A DNA stretch of 47,429 bases, from the NCBI GenBank assembly GCA_031422435.1, contig JANPLU010000024.1, positions 1 to 47,429 of the forward strand, given 5' to 3'. Below, one piece after another: positions 19,734-30,309 of this stretch (position 1 is the stretch's first letter; each line of letters begins with the position of its first letter). The position numbers and the translations under genes were made by a program. The notes under the pieces are model-generated. The model did no database searches. It was not told the DNA's origin and saw nothing but the letters and a program-made list of their open reading frames with translations. Source of the DNA: Acaryochloridaceae cyanobacterium VAR_48_metabat_390. Lineage in GTDB: Bacteria > Cyanobacteriota > Cyanobacteriia > Thermosynechococcales > Thermosynechococcaceae.

Positions 19734-20844
19734 TTTAACTTTATTTTTCGTACTGCGAGCTTTTTCTGCAGAATGTTCTGCATTAACGGGGGTAGAAGCT
19801 ATTTCCCATGGTGTTTTAGCCTTTAAGCCACCGGAGTGGAAAAACGCCAGCAAAACGCTGCTGTATCTGGGGCTAATTCTAGGCTTAATGTTTATTGAGG
19901 TGACTTACTTAGCCCACGCTTTCCACATCATGCCCGAAGAAGGCCAAACCGTAGTGTCGCTACTAGGCCGACAAATTTTAGGACTCTTCTTGGCAAGAGA
20001 CGGCTTTTTACCGCGTCAGCTTGCCTTTCTCGGCGAGCGATTAGTGTATTCCAACGGCATTATTATGCTGAGCCTATCGGCAGCAGTGTTGCTGATTGTA
20101 TTTCAGGGCAACACAAACGCTGTGATTCCCCTGTATGCTGTGGTGGTATTTACGTCCTTTACGCTTTCCCAGGCCGGCATGGTGCGTCGCTGGCTAATTA
20201 ATCGCACACAAGGATGGCAAGCAAGTGCCTTCTTAAATGGGCTAGGCGCGACCGTTACCGCAATTGTATTGGGCGTTATTATTGCTACTGAGTTTGTAGC
20301 GGGGGCTTGGCTCGTCGTCGTCGCAATTCCAGTGTTTGTCTATGGCTTTATGCGCATCTATCGCCACTATCGACTGGTGGCAAATCGCCTCAGCCTTCAA
20401 GACATTGCGCCTCGCAGCTACATGCCCCACATTTCGCCAGAGGTACCCACCCATCCGGCGGTCGTCATTGGGGGACAGCTTAATCAGGGCACCCTAGAAG
20501 CCTTAGACTATGCCCGCAATATTGCCGATGAGATTGTGGCAATTCACGTTGATCTCGGCACAACGGACCGCGAGAAACTTCAGATCCGCTGGCAGTCCTT
20601 TGCCAGCGGAATCCCCATTGTGATTGTGGATTCCCCCTTTCGAGAAATTGTGACCCCCATCGCCAACTTTGTCCGAGAGTTTGAGTCCAAGCATCCCGGC
20701 ATGATAACAACGGTGATCATTCCAACTTTTGTGACTCGCAACTGGTGGGAGGGCTTACTGCACAACCAAACCGCGTTTTTCTTGGAGCGGGTGCTGCTGG
20801 CAAAGAAAAGCCGCGTGGTGACTCGCGTGCGCTATTACCTGTAG
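19734..20844 (+). pseudogene. 5'-truncated, internally deleted APC-family permease (KimA/YdaO-like)
   Basis: Retains ALTGVEAIS, LARDGFLPRQL, LVYSNGI, FTLSQAGMV, SPFR and LLHNQTA motifs, but lacks the N-terminal TMs and the ...AANTSF..FPRL helix between GRQILG and FLARDG. Confidence 0.75.
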
Positions 20845-20883
20845 CTTCAGCACAATGAGACTTGAAAGTAACCTGGAGGACGC

Positions 20884-21645
20884 TTGAACCGATTTACTAC
20901 GATAAAACGAATACTGTTCGGTCTGGTTGCAAGCGGCATCTTGCTAAGTCTGGCAACGTTTTCTGTAATGTCTCTGGCACCCGCGTCTCTCTATACTTAC
21001 AAAAGACCGAGTTTCGACGGCACCGGAAAAGTCTATATGAGCCGAGAAATAGCTCAGGTCATGGGTTATCAAGGGTCTGAGTGGCTCGAACGCAAAGATC
21101 GCGCACAAGAAGAACAACCTGAGGTTCTGGTAGAGGCTTTAGGGCTTCGGCCAACGGACATTGTCGCCGACATTGGCGCGGGGACTGGCTACGTTAGCTT
21201 AAAAATTGCGTCCAAAGTGCCCCAAGGTAAGGTTTTGGCGATAGACGTGCAGCCAGAGATGATTAAAATGCTGGGCGATCGCATTTCTCAATCCGGCCTC
21301 ACCAACATCACGCCCATTCTGGGTACAGAGCAAAACCCGAACATGTCCCCCAACAGCATCGACCTTGCCATTTTTGTCGATGCTTATCACGAACTTGCGT
21401 ATCCTCGTGAAGTGATGACCGCTGTGGTGAAAGCTCTAAAGCCCAACGGCAGAATTGCCCTGGTTGAATACCGCGCTGAAGACCCTAAAGTATTCATCAA
21501 ACCTCACCATAAAATGACTCAGGTTCAAGCGCGCAAAGAAATGGCTGGCGTTGGGCTGAAATGGCAAGAAACAAAGTCTGTTTTGCCTCAGCAGCATTTG
21601 ATGTTTTTTACGCCTGCACCACCAGAAGCCACTATGGGAAAGTAA
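20884..21645 (+). CDS. Class I SAM-dependent methyltransferase with N-terminal membrane anchor/signal
   Basis: VADIGAGTGY motif I, AIDVQ, VDAYHE, LKPNGR; TTG start after GGAGG. Confidence 0.9.
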   Translation: MNRFTTIKRILFGLVASGILLSLATFSVMSLAPASLYTYKRPSFDGTGKVYMSREIAQVMGYQGSEWLERKDRAQEEQPEVLVEALGLRPTDIVADIGAGTGYVSLKIASKVPQGKVLAIDVQPEMIKMLGDRISQSGLTNITPILGTEQNPNMSPNSIDLAIFVDAYHELAYPREVMTAVVKALKPNGRIALVEYRAEDPKVFIKPHHKMTQVQARKEMAGVGLKWQETKSVLPQQHLMFFTPAPPEATMGK

Positions 21646-22189
21646 AGAGCTGGACTGCATAGAGGCGATCGCCAGATACCGCCACCCCAAACCCAAATCG
21701 ACCATAGCGGCGATCTAGTAAATTTTGACGATGACCAGGGCTACCCATCCATTTCCGCTCAAAAAATGCCAGTCTCTCAAAACTCAGATTAGTCCCTATT
21801 AAAGACGAATCTCTGAGCACCAGCAGATTTTCAGCCGCGCCATTTCGTCCACCGACTGCCGCAAAACGATCCGATGGCGACCTACCCTCTGGCGAATAAT
21901 GACTAAAATAGTTTCGTCGCAGCATATCCTCTGCATGCTTCTGAGCAGCCTTAGAGAGCAAAGAATCTGCTCTAAGCCTCGGTAGCCCATACCGCAAGCG
22001 GTCTTGATTGGTTAATTCAAGCGCCATTTGGCGGAGAGAATCAATTTGTCGAGGTTGATAGGCATAACGCTGACTCATCACTGAGTCAGCCCGTACGGAC
22101 TTCACTAACAGAGATGACAAACCTCCAAAACCCAAAGTCCAGAAACATGCCAAAAACGCACCTGCCAAAGGCTTCAGAATTCTTGACAT
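21632..22189 (-). CDS. CAP (SCP/Tpx-1/Ag5/PR-1) domain protein
   Basis: AAQKHAEDM...YFSH, AENL, WMGSPGHRQNLL; overlaps the convergent gene by 14 nt. Confidence 0.92.
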   Translation of the reverse strand: MSRILKPLAGAFLACFWTLGFGGLSSLLVKSVRADSVMSQRYAYQPRQIDSLRQMALELTNQDRLRYGLPRLRADSLLSKAAQKHAEDMLRRNYFSHYSPEGRSPSDRFAAVGGRNGAAENLLVLRDSSLIGTNLSFERLAFFERKWMGSPGHRQNLLDRRYGRFGFGVAVSGDRLYAVQLFTFP

Positions 22190-22532
22190 GGTATATCAAT
22201 GAAAGGAACAAACTCTAGATTTCCTTAACAATTGACGGCGAAGAATGGCGTTTGTTTCTAAGTGGAAGAAAGTACTGATTAAGGCTAAATTTAGGGATCC
22301 TTGACAACAATATGCCTTTCTGAAGGCACATACACATTTACAAAGCAAAGCTTTTATATTCAGCGATTTAGTTAGGAAAATTCATATAAATTCTTAATTT
22401 GCATCGCTAATTTAACTTTTCTAACGCTGCGTACCAACTTCGAGACGCTGTGACAGCCCGACACTTACAATACTCTTAAAGTTTTTGCTATAAAACCTTT
22501 GCCTAGACCATTCAAAGGAGCATTTAGGAATA

Positions 22533-23027
22533 ATGACGCAATCTACCTATAAGCAGGTTGTCCAGCCCTACAATGGCGATCCCTTCGTGGGGCACCTCGC
22601 CACCCCCATTTCAGCCTCTGATTTTACAAAAACCTTTATAGGCAACCTGCCAGCCTATCGCCCTGGGTTGTCTCCCCTTCTACGCGGATTAGAAATCGGA
22701 ATGGCTCACGGCTATTTTCTAATTGGGCCTTGGTATACTTTTGGCCCCTTACGAGATTCTGAATCTGCTGCGCTAGGAGCGCTCATCTCTGTAGTTGCGC
22801 TGCTGATGATTGCCACCATGTGTTTATCTGCTTATGGACTAGTCTCCTTCCAAGGCGGACGTGCTGCCGTGGGCACAGGTGACTCAGCTCTAAATACCTC
22901 TGAAGGGTGGAGCCTTTTTACAGGAGGCTTTTTCTTTGGCGGTATGGGTGGCGCTGCGGTTGCGTACTTCCTTCTCGCAAACTTTAGCGTTCTAGACAAC
23001 ATTATGCGCGGCGGCTTTAATAATTAA
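22533..23027 (+). CDS. psaL: Photosystem I subunit XI PsaL
   Basis: GHLATPIS, NLPAYRPGLSP, RGLEIGMAHGYFL, GPLRDS; AGGA RBS. Confidence 0.97.
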   Translation: MTQSTYKQVVQPYNGDPFVGHLATPISASDFTKTFIGNLPAYRPGLSPLLRGLEIGMAHGYFLIGPWYTFGPLRDSESAALGALISVVALLMIATMCLSAYGLVSFQGGRAAVGTGDSALNTSEGWSLFTGGFFFGGMGGAAVAYFLLANFSVLDNIMRGGFNN

Positions 23028-23106
23028 CGCTCATTAGCCTATAAAGCTTCAGTGCAAACCATCCCTTAAACTGCCACCCCTTAAATTGAAATAGGAGAAC
23101 TTTATA

Positions 23107-23223
23107 ATGACTGGCGATTACGCAGCTTCATTTCTACCTTGGATTCTTATTCCTGTTGTGACCTGGCTTTTGCCAGTTGTCGTCATGGGGCTTCTCTTTA
23201 TTCACATTGAAAGTGACGCTTAG
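23107..23223 (+). CDS. psaI: Photosystem I subunit VIII PsaI (38 aa, not in ORF track)
   Basis: Manual translation [43 protein letters not shown] at 23093-23097. Confidence 0.96.
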   Translation: MTGDYAASFLPWILIPVVTWLLPVVVMGLLFIHIESDA

Positions 23224-23268
23224 CCATTAAGCACCTGGGCTAGACAATTCGCTCACTTCCTTCTATTC

Positions 23269-23325
23269 ATTAAAAACCTCTAGGACTGAACGTTTTATTC
23301 AGCTTCTAGGGGTTTTTAATTTTTT
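23269..23325 (+). terminator. Intrinsic terminator of psaL-psaI
   Basis: ATTAAAAACCTCTAG..CTGAA / TTCAG..CTAGGGGTTTTTAAT imperfect stem followed by a T run. Confidence 0.75.
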
Positions 23326-23576
23326 GAAGTACATACCCAAATAAAGCAGTCTGACGTATGCCCAGCGCAATAAAGGCATTCTCCGTTTTCACCTTTGTTA
23401 AAAGCTTGCCAAAATTCCGTCACACTAAACTGCCTTCCGGCGGCACAAGCAGCTTCCTCATAGTCTGGTAAGAGGTCAACGTGTCACCCCTAAAGCAATC
23501 TGAAAGGTGGAGCTTGAAGGGGTGAGAAGGTTGTCACGGCTGCAAGGCTAAGCCCAAGCGCAAACTCTCTCGCCAG

Positions 23577-23625
23577 AATCACAAGAAAAAGCCTCACTAT
23601 ATTAGTGAGGCTTTTTCTTGTGATT
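23577..23625. terminator. psaAB terminator (perfect 23-bp inverted repeat, probably bidirectional)
   Basis: AATCACAAGAAAAAGCCTCACTA-TAT-TAGTGAGGCTTTTTCTTGTGATT, 23 nt past the psaB stop. Confidence 0.92.
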
Positions 23626-23648
23626 GACTCAGTTTCAGAGCTAAATCA

Positions 23649-25862
23649 TCAGCCAAACTTGCTGGCTGTCGAGGCAATCAGGAATGCTGCGTAGGTCAAG
23701 ACATAGCCGACGGTGAAGTGAGCTAGACCAACTACACGAGCCTGAACGATTGACAGTGCAACGGGCTTGTCCTTCCAGCGAACGAGGTTCGCTAAAGGAG
23801 TACGCTCGTGCGCCCAAACAAGGGTTTCAATCAGCTCTTGCCAGTAGCCTCTCCAGGAGATCAAGAACATGAAGCCTGTTGCCCACACAAGGTGACCAAA
23901 CAAGAACATCCAAGCCCAGACCGAGAGATTGTTCATCCCAAAGGGGTTATAGCCATTGATAAGCTGAGAGGAGTTGAGCCACAGGTAATCTCGGAACCAA
24001 CCCATTAGATAGGTGGAGCTTTCGTTAAACTGCGCCACGTTGCCTTGCCAAATACCGAGGTGTTTCCAGTGCCAGTAGAAGGTCACCCAACCTACGGTAT
24101 TTAATGCCCAAAACAGAGACAGGTAGAAGGAATCCCAAGCAGAGATGTCGCAAGTACCGCCACGACCGGGGCCGTCGCAAGGGAAAGCATAGCCGAAGTC
24201 CTTTTTATCGGGCATCAGCTTAGAACCACGGGCATCCAACGCACCTTTGACCAAGATCAGGGTAGTGGTGTGAAGACCCAGGGCGATCGCATGGTGAACC
24301 AAGAAATCACCAGGTCCAATGGTCAAGAACAGGGAGTTTTTGCCGCTGTTAATCGCATCCAACCAGCCAGCCAGCCATACGTTTCCGTAATTCGGGAACG
24401 CGGTGTAAGCAACACTATCAGGATTTGAAAGCAGAGTATCAAAGCCATATAGCAGCTTACCGTGAGCAGCCTGAATCCATTGAGCAAACACTGGCTCAAT
24501 GAGGATTTGCTTTTCAGGGGTACCAAAGGCAACTACAACGTCATTGTGGACGTAAAGGCCAAGGGTATGGAAGCCCAAGAACAGAGAAACCCAGCTCCGG
24601 TGAGAGATGATGGCTTCTTTGTGCTCTAGCACTCGTGCCAATACGTTGTCCTTATTGGCGACGGGGTCGTAGTCACGCACCAAGAAAATGGCACCGTGAG
24701 CAAACGCACCCACCATCAAGAAGATGGCAATGTACTGGTGATGGGTATATAGCGCAGCCTGCGTCGTATAGTCCTTCGCAATGAAGGCATAGGACGGCAT
24801 GGAATACATGTGCTGAGCCACCAAGGAAGTGACTACGCCCAAGCTCGCCAGCGCCAGCGCGAGCTGGAAGTGGAGCGAATTGTTGATGGTGTCGTACAAA
24901 CCTTTATGGCCTGCGCCCAGTCCACCAGCAGGAGGTCGGTGTGCATTCAAGATTTCCTTGATGCTGTGACCAATGCCGAACTGAGTGCGGTACATGTGAC
25001 CCGCAACAATGAAGATAACGGCGATCGCCAAGTGGTGATGGGCAATATCCGTCAGCCACATCGCTTCTGTTTGAGGATGAAACCCACCCAAGAAGGTGAG
25101 AATTGCAGTCCCAGCGCCAGTAGAGGTGCCAAACAGATGACCCGCCGTATCAGGGTTTTGAGCGTAAACGCCCCAGTTGCCCGTAAAGAACGGCGTTAGA
25201 CCTGCGGGATGCGGCGGCACGGAGAGGAAATTATCCCAACCCACATGCTGACCGCGTGACTCAGGAATTGCCACGTGAATCAAGTGACCAGCCCAAGCCA
25301 AGGAGCTAACCCCAAACAAACCAGCCAAGTGGTGGTTAAGGCGAGACTCAGCATTCTTAAACCAAGACAGGCTGGGGCGGAACTTAGGCTGAAGGTGAAG
25401 CCAGCCTGCAAACAGCATGACCGAAGCCAGAAGCAGCAGGGCAATAGCACCCTGATAAAGTTCTGCATTGCTGGTCATGCCGATGGTGTACCACCAGTGG
25501 TACACACCAGAGTAGGCAATGTTAACAGGGCCGTTTGCGCCACCCTGGGTAAAGGCGTCAACCGCTGCTTTGCCAAATTGAGGATCCCAAATTGCGTGAG
25601 CAATGGGACGAACGTTGAGCGGGTCTTTAATCCACTGCTCAAAGTTACCTTGCCAAGCAACGTGAAACAGGTTGCCGGAAGTCCAGAGAAAGATGATTGC
25701 GAGATGACCAAAGTGGGAGGCGAAAATCTTTTGGTAAAGATTTTCTTCCGTCATTCCGTCATGACTCTCAAAATCGTGAGCCGTTGCAATCCCGTACCAA
25801 ATACGACGAGTCGTCGGGTCTTGGGCGAGATCCTGGCTAAATTTAGGAAATTTAGTTGCCAT
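23649..25862 (-). CDS. psaB: Photosystem I P700 apoprotein A2 PsaB
   Basis: [35 protein letters not shown] motif, [13 protein letters not shown]. Confidence 0.99.
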   Translation of the reverse strand: MATKFPKFSQDLAQDPTTRRIWYGIATAHDFESHDGMTEENLYQKIFASHFGHLAIIFLWTSGNLFHVAWQGNFEQWIKDPLNVRPIAHAIWDPQFGKAAVDAFTQGGANGPVNIAYSGVYHWWYTIGMTSNAELYQGAIALLLLASVMLFAGWLHLQPKFRPSLSWFKNAESRLNHHLAGLFGVSSLAWAGHLIHVAIPESRGQHVGWDNFLSVPPHPAGLTPFFTGNWGVYAQNPDTAGHLFGTSTGAGTAILTFLGGFHPQTEAMWLTDIAHHHLAIAVIFIVAGHMYRTQFGIGHSIKEILNAHRPPAGGLGAGHKGLYDTINNSLHFQLALALASLGVVTSLVAQHMYSMPSYAFIAKDYTTQAALYTHHQYIAIFLMVGAFAHGAIFLVRDYDPVANKDNVLARVLEHKEAIISHRSWVSLFLGFHTLGLYVHNDVVVAFGTPEKQILIEPVFAQWIQAAHGKLLYGFDTLLSNPDSVAYTAFPNYGNVWLAGWLDAINSGKNSLFLTIGPGDFLVHHAIALGLHTTTLILVKGALDARGSKLMPDKKDFGYAFPCDGPGRGGTCDISAWDSFYLSLFWALNTVGWVTFYWHWKHLGIWQGNVAQFNESSTYLMGWFRDYLWLNSSQLINGYNPFGMNNLSVWAWMFLFGHLVWATGFMFLISWRGYWQELIETLVWAHERTPLANLVRWKDKPVALSIVQARVVGLAHFTVGYVLTYAAFLIASTASKFG

Positions 25863-25882
25863 AGTTTAGTATTCTCCTCGCC

Positions 25883-28138
25883 CTACCCTACAGAAAGTAT
25901 ATGAGCATGGAAGAATGCCCAGGTGGTCGCAATACCTCCAAGAAGGTAGTGAGCAACCCCAACCGCACGGCCTTGAATAATACTCAAAGCGCGAGGCTGA
26001 ATCGCAGGAGCAAGCTTTAGCTTGTTGTGTGCCCAAACGATAGACTCAATCAACTCTTGCCAGTAGCCACGACCACTAAACAAGAACATGAGGCTGAAGG
26101 CCCAAACAAAGTGAGCGCCCAAGAACATCAAGCCATAGGCCGACAGCGCCGAACCATAGGAGTTAATGACCTGAGAGGCTTGTGCCCAGAGGAAGTCTCT
26201 TAGCCAGCCGTTAATTGTAATTGCGCTTTGAGCGAAATTACCGCCAGTGATATGAGAGACAGAACCATCTGCGCCAACCGTACCCCAAACGTCAGACTGC
26301 ATTTTCCAGCTAAAGTGGAAAATCACAATTGACAGAGAGTTATACATCCAGAACAGACCTAAGAAGACGTGATCCCAACCAGAAACCTGGCAGGTGCCGC
26401 CCCGTCCGGGACCATCGCAAGGGAAGCGGAAGCCCAAGTTAGCTTTGTCTGGAACCAGACGAGAGCTACGAGAGAACAGCACGCCTTTGAGCAGAATCAG
26501 TACCGTTACATGAATCGTGAAGGCATGGATATGGTGAACCATAAAGTCTGCCGTACCCAGCGCAATGGGCATCATCGCCACCTTACCGCCAACCGCAACA
26601 ATGCCACCGCCAAACGCATGGCTTACAGTCGCCAAAGCATTGGGTGCAGTTGTACCAGGCGCTACAGTGTGCAGATTTTGAATCCACTGTGCAAACACGG
26701 GCTGAAGTTGAATACCCGTATCAGAGAACATGTCTTGGGGACGACCCAAAGCACGCATGGTGTCGTTATGGACGTAAAGACCAAAGCTATGGAAGCCGAG
26801 GAAAATACAGACCCAGTTGAGATGGGAAATAATTGCGTCACGATGGCGCAGAACGCGATCTAACAGGTTATTTTGATTGGTCGCAGGATCGTAATCGCGC
26901 ACCATGAAAATAGCTGCGTGTGCGGCTGCACCCACAATTAAGAACCCGCCAATCCACATGTGGTGCGTAAACAGCCCAATTTGAGTCGGGTAGTCTGTCG
27001 CCAGATAGGGATAGGGAGGCATTGAGTACATGTGCTGAGCAACAATGATGCTCAGAGAACCCACCATGGCCAAGTTAATAGCCAACTGGGCATGCCAAGA
27101 AGTTGTTAGAACTTCGTATAAACCTTTATGGCCTTCGCCAGTAAAAGGACCTTTGTGCGCCTCTAAAATTTCTTTCATGCTGTGACCGATGCCCCAGTTG
27201 GTGCGGTACATGTGTCCAGCAACGATGAAAAGAACGGCTAGAGCCAAATGGTGGTGTGCCGTGTCAGACAGCCAAAGACCTCCGGTAACAGGGTTTAATC
27301 CACCCTTGAAGGTCAAAAAGTCTGCATAAGCACCCCAATTCAGCGTAAAGAAGGGGGTTAGTCCTTGAGCGAAGCTAGGGTACAACTCTGCCATAAATGC
27401 CTTGTCAAGCAAGAATTCATGGGGCAGAGGAATATCCTGGGGTGCAACGCCAGAATCTAAAAGTTTATTAATGGGCAAAGAGACGTGGATTTGGTGACCG
27501 GCCCAGCCTAAGCAGCCTAGACCCAACAAAACGCTTAAGTGATGATTCATCATCGACTCAACGTTCTGGAACCACTCTAGCTTTGGAGCGCGGACGTGGT
27601 AATGAAACCAGCCAGCAAACAACATCAGAGCAGCCATGACTAAGCCACCAATGGCTGTGCAGTAGAGCTGATAGGAGTTTGTAATGCCGGAAGCACGCCA
27701 CATTTGGAACAGACCAGATGTGATTTGGATGCCGTGGAAGCCGCCGCCCACATCTGCATTTAAGATGCCTTGACCGACGATGGGCCAGACCACTTGGGCG
27801 CTGGGCTTAATCGCGGTGGGATTTCCCATCCAGGCTTCATAGTTTGAAAATTTAGCACCGTGGAAATACATCCCGCTCAGCCAGATGAACACAACGGCAA
27901 GGTGCCCGAAGTGAGCGCTGAAAATTTTGCGCGAGATGTCTTCTAAATCGCTGGTATGTGTATCGAAGTCATGAGCAAGAGCATGCAGGTTCCAAATCCA
28001 TGTGGTGGTTTGGGGACCCTTAGCTAGGGTGCGGTCGAAGTGTCCTGGCTGTCCCCACTTCTCAAATGAGGTGGGAACGGGATTCTTATCGACAATCACT
28101 CTAGCTTTTGACTCTCGCTCCTTAGGGCTAATCGTCAT
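25883..28138 (-). CDS. psaA: Photosystem I P700 apoprotein A1 PsaA
   Basis: MTISPKERE start (ATG 28138 after AGGAG; TTG 28162 rejected), [26 protein letters not shown]. Confidence 0.99.
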   Translation of the reverse strand: MTISPKERESKARVIVDKNPVPTSFEKWGQPGHFDRTLAKGPQTTTWIWNLHALAHDFDTHTSDLEDISRKIFSAHFGHLAVVFIWLSGMYFHGAKFSNYEAWMGNPTAIKPSAQVVWPIVGQGILNADVGGGFHGIQITSGLFQMWRASGITNSYQLYCTAIGGLVMAALMLFAGWFHYHVRAPKLEWFQNVESMMNHHLSVLLGLGCLGWAGHQIHVSLPINKLLDSGVAPQDIPLPHEFLLDKAFMAELYPSFAQGLTPFFTLNWGAYADFLTFKGGLNPVTGGLWLSDTAHHHLALAVLFIVAGHMYRTNWGIGHSMKEILEAHKGPFTGEGHKGLYEVLTTSWHAQLAINLAMVGSLSIIVAQHMYSMPPYPYLATDYPTQIGLFTHHMWIGGFLIVGAAAHAAIFMVRDYDPATNQNNLLDRVLRHRDAIISHLNWVCIFLGFHSFGLYVHNDTMRALGRPQDMFSDTGIQLQPVFAQWIQNLHTVAPGTTAPNALATVSHAFGGGIVAVGGKVAMMPIALGTADFMVHHIHAFTIHVTVLILLKGVLFSRSSRLVPDKANLGFRFPCDGPGRGGTCQVSGWDHVFLGLFWMYNSLSIVIFHFSWKMQSDVWGTVGADGSVSHITGGNFAQSAITINGWLRDFLWAQASQVINSYGSALSAYGLMFLGAHFVWAFSLMFLFSGRGYWQELIESIVWAHNKLKLAPAIQPRALSIIQGRAVGVAHYLLGGIATTWAFFHAHILSVG

Positions 28139-28180
28139 TGAGACTCTCCTCTCTTTGAGCAAGCAAGGAACGGGGACTGT

Positions 28181-28369
28181 CTTCCATAATTCTGGCTACG
28201 ATTGAAAAAGTCACTGATTTGAAGGAGAAGCGCTGGTTTACTTGTGCAAACTTTGACCGATGGTACAGTCAGCCTTAACCAAAGCACCTGAGACTCACCT
28301 CATCCAAATTTAGAGACCTTGAGCAAGCACCAGAACGACTGATTTTTCAATATTTGTCAGCCTTGGAAG
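28181..28369 (-). ncRNA. Structured psaA 5' leader (candidate psaA RNA motif)
   Basis: Nested complementary segments: CTTCCA 28181-86/TGGAAG 28364-69; ATTGAAAAA 28201-09/TTTTTCAAT 28343-51; CTGGT..CTTG..CAA 28233-49/TTGAGCAAGCACCAG 28319-33. Confidence 0.55.
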
Positions 28370-28384
28370 AGTTCTCACTAGTGA

Positions 28385-28390
28385 ATTATA
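28385..28390 (-). promoter_or_regulatory. -10 element of the psaAB promoter
   Basis: Perfect TATAAT on the minus strand just 5' of the structured leader; AT-rich TTAACAATAATTAA (28418-28431) upstream is loosely RpaB/HLR1-like. Confidence 0.6.
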
Positions 28391-28748
28391 GGTGTCCTAA
28401 CGGGCATTTTAAGGCAATTAACAATAATTAAGGTGTCTCAAGCAAGCCTCTCCTGGCTGCATCAAAAGAAGCAATTGTGAAATTTACTTTAGGATTTATT
28501 TCAAAGCTTAATAATTCGCAATTATTAAGACTCTAGGACAACAGCTTTGGGTGAAACGGTCTGATGCTGAATGCTTTGTTTTAGTGAGCAAATAGGAGTA
28601 AAGGCCTTTCTTTGAAGGATGTTTGCTTTGTTAAGATGAAGTATCCGACACTGACTGTGGAGCACATCAAGATGAAGTGGGAAGCGCTTAACCTGGATTA
28701 GAGTGTTGAGTTTCGGGTACTACATTTTTATCTATGGAATGGATTGAA

Positions 28749-28765
28749 GATTACAAATTGTAATC
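28749..28765. promoter_or_regulatory. Palindromic candidate operator
   Basis: GATTACAA-A-TTGTAATC, a perfect 8-1-8 inverted repeat in the divergent psaA/lipoprotein spacer. Confidence 0.4.
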
Positions 28766-28953
28766 ATATTCAGCTTGAGGTCTCGACATTTTTTAAGCCT
28801 GTAAGGTGTGCGAAAGCTTTTCCGGTATAGTTCCCGTAGAGGTAAAGACACTACTGAACGAGTCAATAGAGACAATATATTGGGAGTCCTTCGTACAAGG
28901 AATCGCTATATTGAATCGCTTCTGAAGGGCATAAGAATTTTAAGTGCAGGAGT

Positions 28954-30306
28954 ATGGCGAGCGTGATGAATAAGGGTTGGCGAGAAGTTAGCAAACGTAT
29001 TGGGCGTGTTGCCGTCTATTCTGTAGTGTTTTTGATTTTACTGGGCTGTTCACAATCGCCCCTATCCTCCCGCTTAGACGAAGTGTCTAAAAGTTTGGTA
29101 GCACAGGCACAGCGCCCTGAGCTAGAGGAAGTTTCTGCACCAATGGTCTTTCAGCAGCTTGGGCGATCGCCCAAGCGACATGATCCCCAAGTCAAGATTG
29201 TCGGCATTAAACCTGATGCAACCCTTGAACAGAACACCGCCAGCATTCGGTTTGAGGTGGAAAATTTTTCAATATTTAAGGATCCCGATCTCGGATTAGG
29301 CCCTCATTTACAGGTTTTCCTAGACGATCAGCCCTACACAGAGGTGTACGACGCGAAGCAAAGCATTACGCTTGCAGATTTAAAGCCTGGAACCCATACG
29401 GTTCGAGCATTTGCAAGCTACCCTTGGCATGAAAGTTTTAAGGCTTCTAGCGCATTCGATCAGATCACGTTTAATGTATTTGCTCCAACACAAGCAAATC
29501 AACCCGATCCAGATCAACTTTTATTAACCTACGGTCAGCCCCAAGGTGATTACGGCGCTGAGCCAATCATGGTGGACTATCTTATTACGCCACCTCCATC
29601 TTCATCAAAAACGCAAGGCTCAACCCTGCCATTGGCTTCGGTGCCAAAGTCTAAGGTTCAGATTACGGTAAATGGGCAAAGCTTCATTACCGAAGAATCT
29701 CCTCCTATTTACTTAAAAGGATTCAAGTCTGGCGTCAACTGGGTTAAAGTAGCGCTGCTGAGTACCAACAGCAAAGTAGTTCCCAATACATTAAGTGAAG
29801 CAATTCAACTGGTGACGTTCAAGCCAGGCGGGAAAGATATCATCTCTCGATTGGTGCGAGGAGAAATCGACGCCCAGGATGCGGAGCAGATCATCAATCT
29901 TGAAACGAGTCAACGCCGCACGGCTCAAAAACTGGAGGCTTTATCTGCCCCCCAGATTGTCCCCGTCTCAACAGCGGTTGAGCCGAAACCAATTAATAAA
30001 GACAAAGAAGCCGAAATTTCTATTAAGCAGTCAGAAGACCGATTTGTAAAACCTACTGCCAATCTCAGCCCTGCCGAAACGACTGAACCAGAAGCCCCTG
30101 AAACCCAGGCTCCTGAGAAAATGGGTTTAAGATCAACTTCAGGAACGGATACTTCCCTTCAGTCTTTTGCCAAGCGATTTCGTCAGCCAGAAAGAGTATT
30201 GCCATCGCCATCGCCCAGGACGACAGCTCCTGTTCTAGATTTACATGAGACCGATAAGGTTGAGAGGAATGGCGATCGCCCCATCCCAGCGCAGCCAGCA
30301 GCATAG
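28954..30306 (+). CDS. Conserved cyanobacterial lipoprotein, beta-rich domains plus Pro/Glu-rich tail
   Basis: Lipobox ILLGC; GLGPHL..FLD, PGTHTVRAFAS.PWHESFK, LLTY..P.G.YGAEPI motifs. Confidence 0.8.
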   Translation: MASVMNKGWREVSKRIGRVAVYSVVFLILLGCSQSPLSSRLDEVSKSLVAQAQRPELEEVSAPMVFQQLGRSPKRHDPQVKIVGIKPDATLEQNTASIRFEVENFSIFKDPDLGLGPHLQVFLDDQPYTEVYDAKQSITLADLKPGTHTVRAFASYPWHESFKASSAFDQITFNVFAPTQANQPDPDQLLLTYGQPQGDYGAEPIMVDYLITPPPSSSKTQGSTLPLASVPKSKVQITVNGQSFITEESPPIYLKGFKSGVNWVKVALLSTNSKVVPNTLSEAIQLVTFKPGGKDIISRLVRGEIDAQDAEQIINLETSQRRTAQKLEALSAPQIVPVSTAVEPKPINKDKEAEISIKQSEDRFVKPTANLSPAETTEPEAPETQAPEKMGLRSTSGTDTSLQSFAKRFRQPERVLPSPSPRTTAPVLDLHETDKVERNGDRPIPAQPAA

Positions 30307-30309
30307 GAT

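Noticed and set aside
22533..28138. Far-red (FaRLiP) or chlorophyll d-type PSI cluster
   Set aside because: No rfpABC, chlF or apc/psb paralogues; PsaI is the short standard type; the A0-ligand Met is retained in PsaA (SLMFLF) and PsaB (GFMFLI).
28636..28701. 21-aa ORF MKYPTLTVEHIKMKWEALNLD with an AAGATGAAGT direct repeat
   Set aside because: No clear RBS or recognisable homology; consistent with chance.
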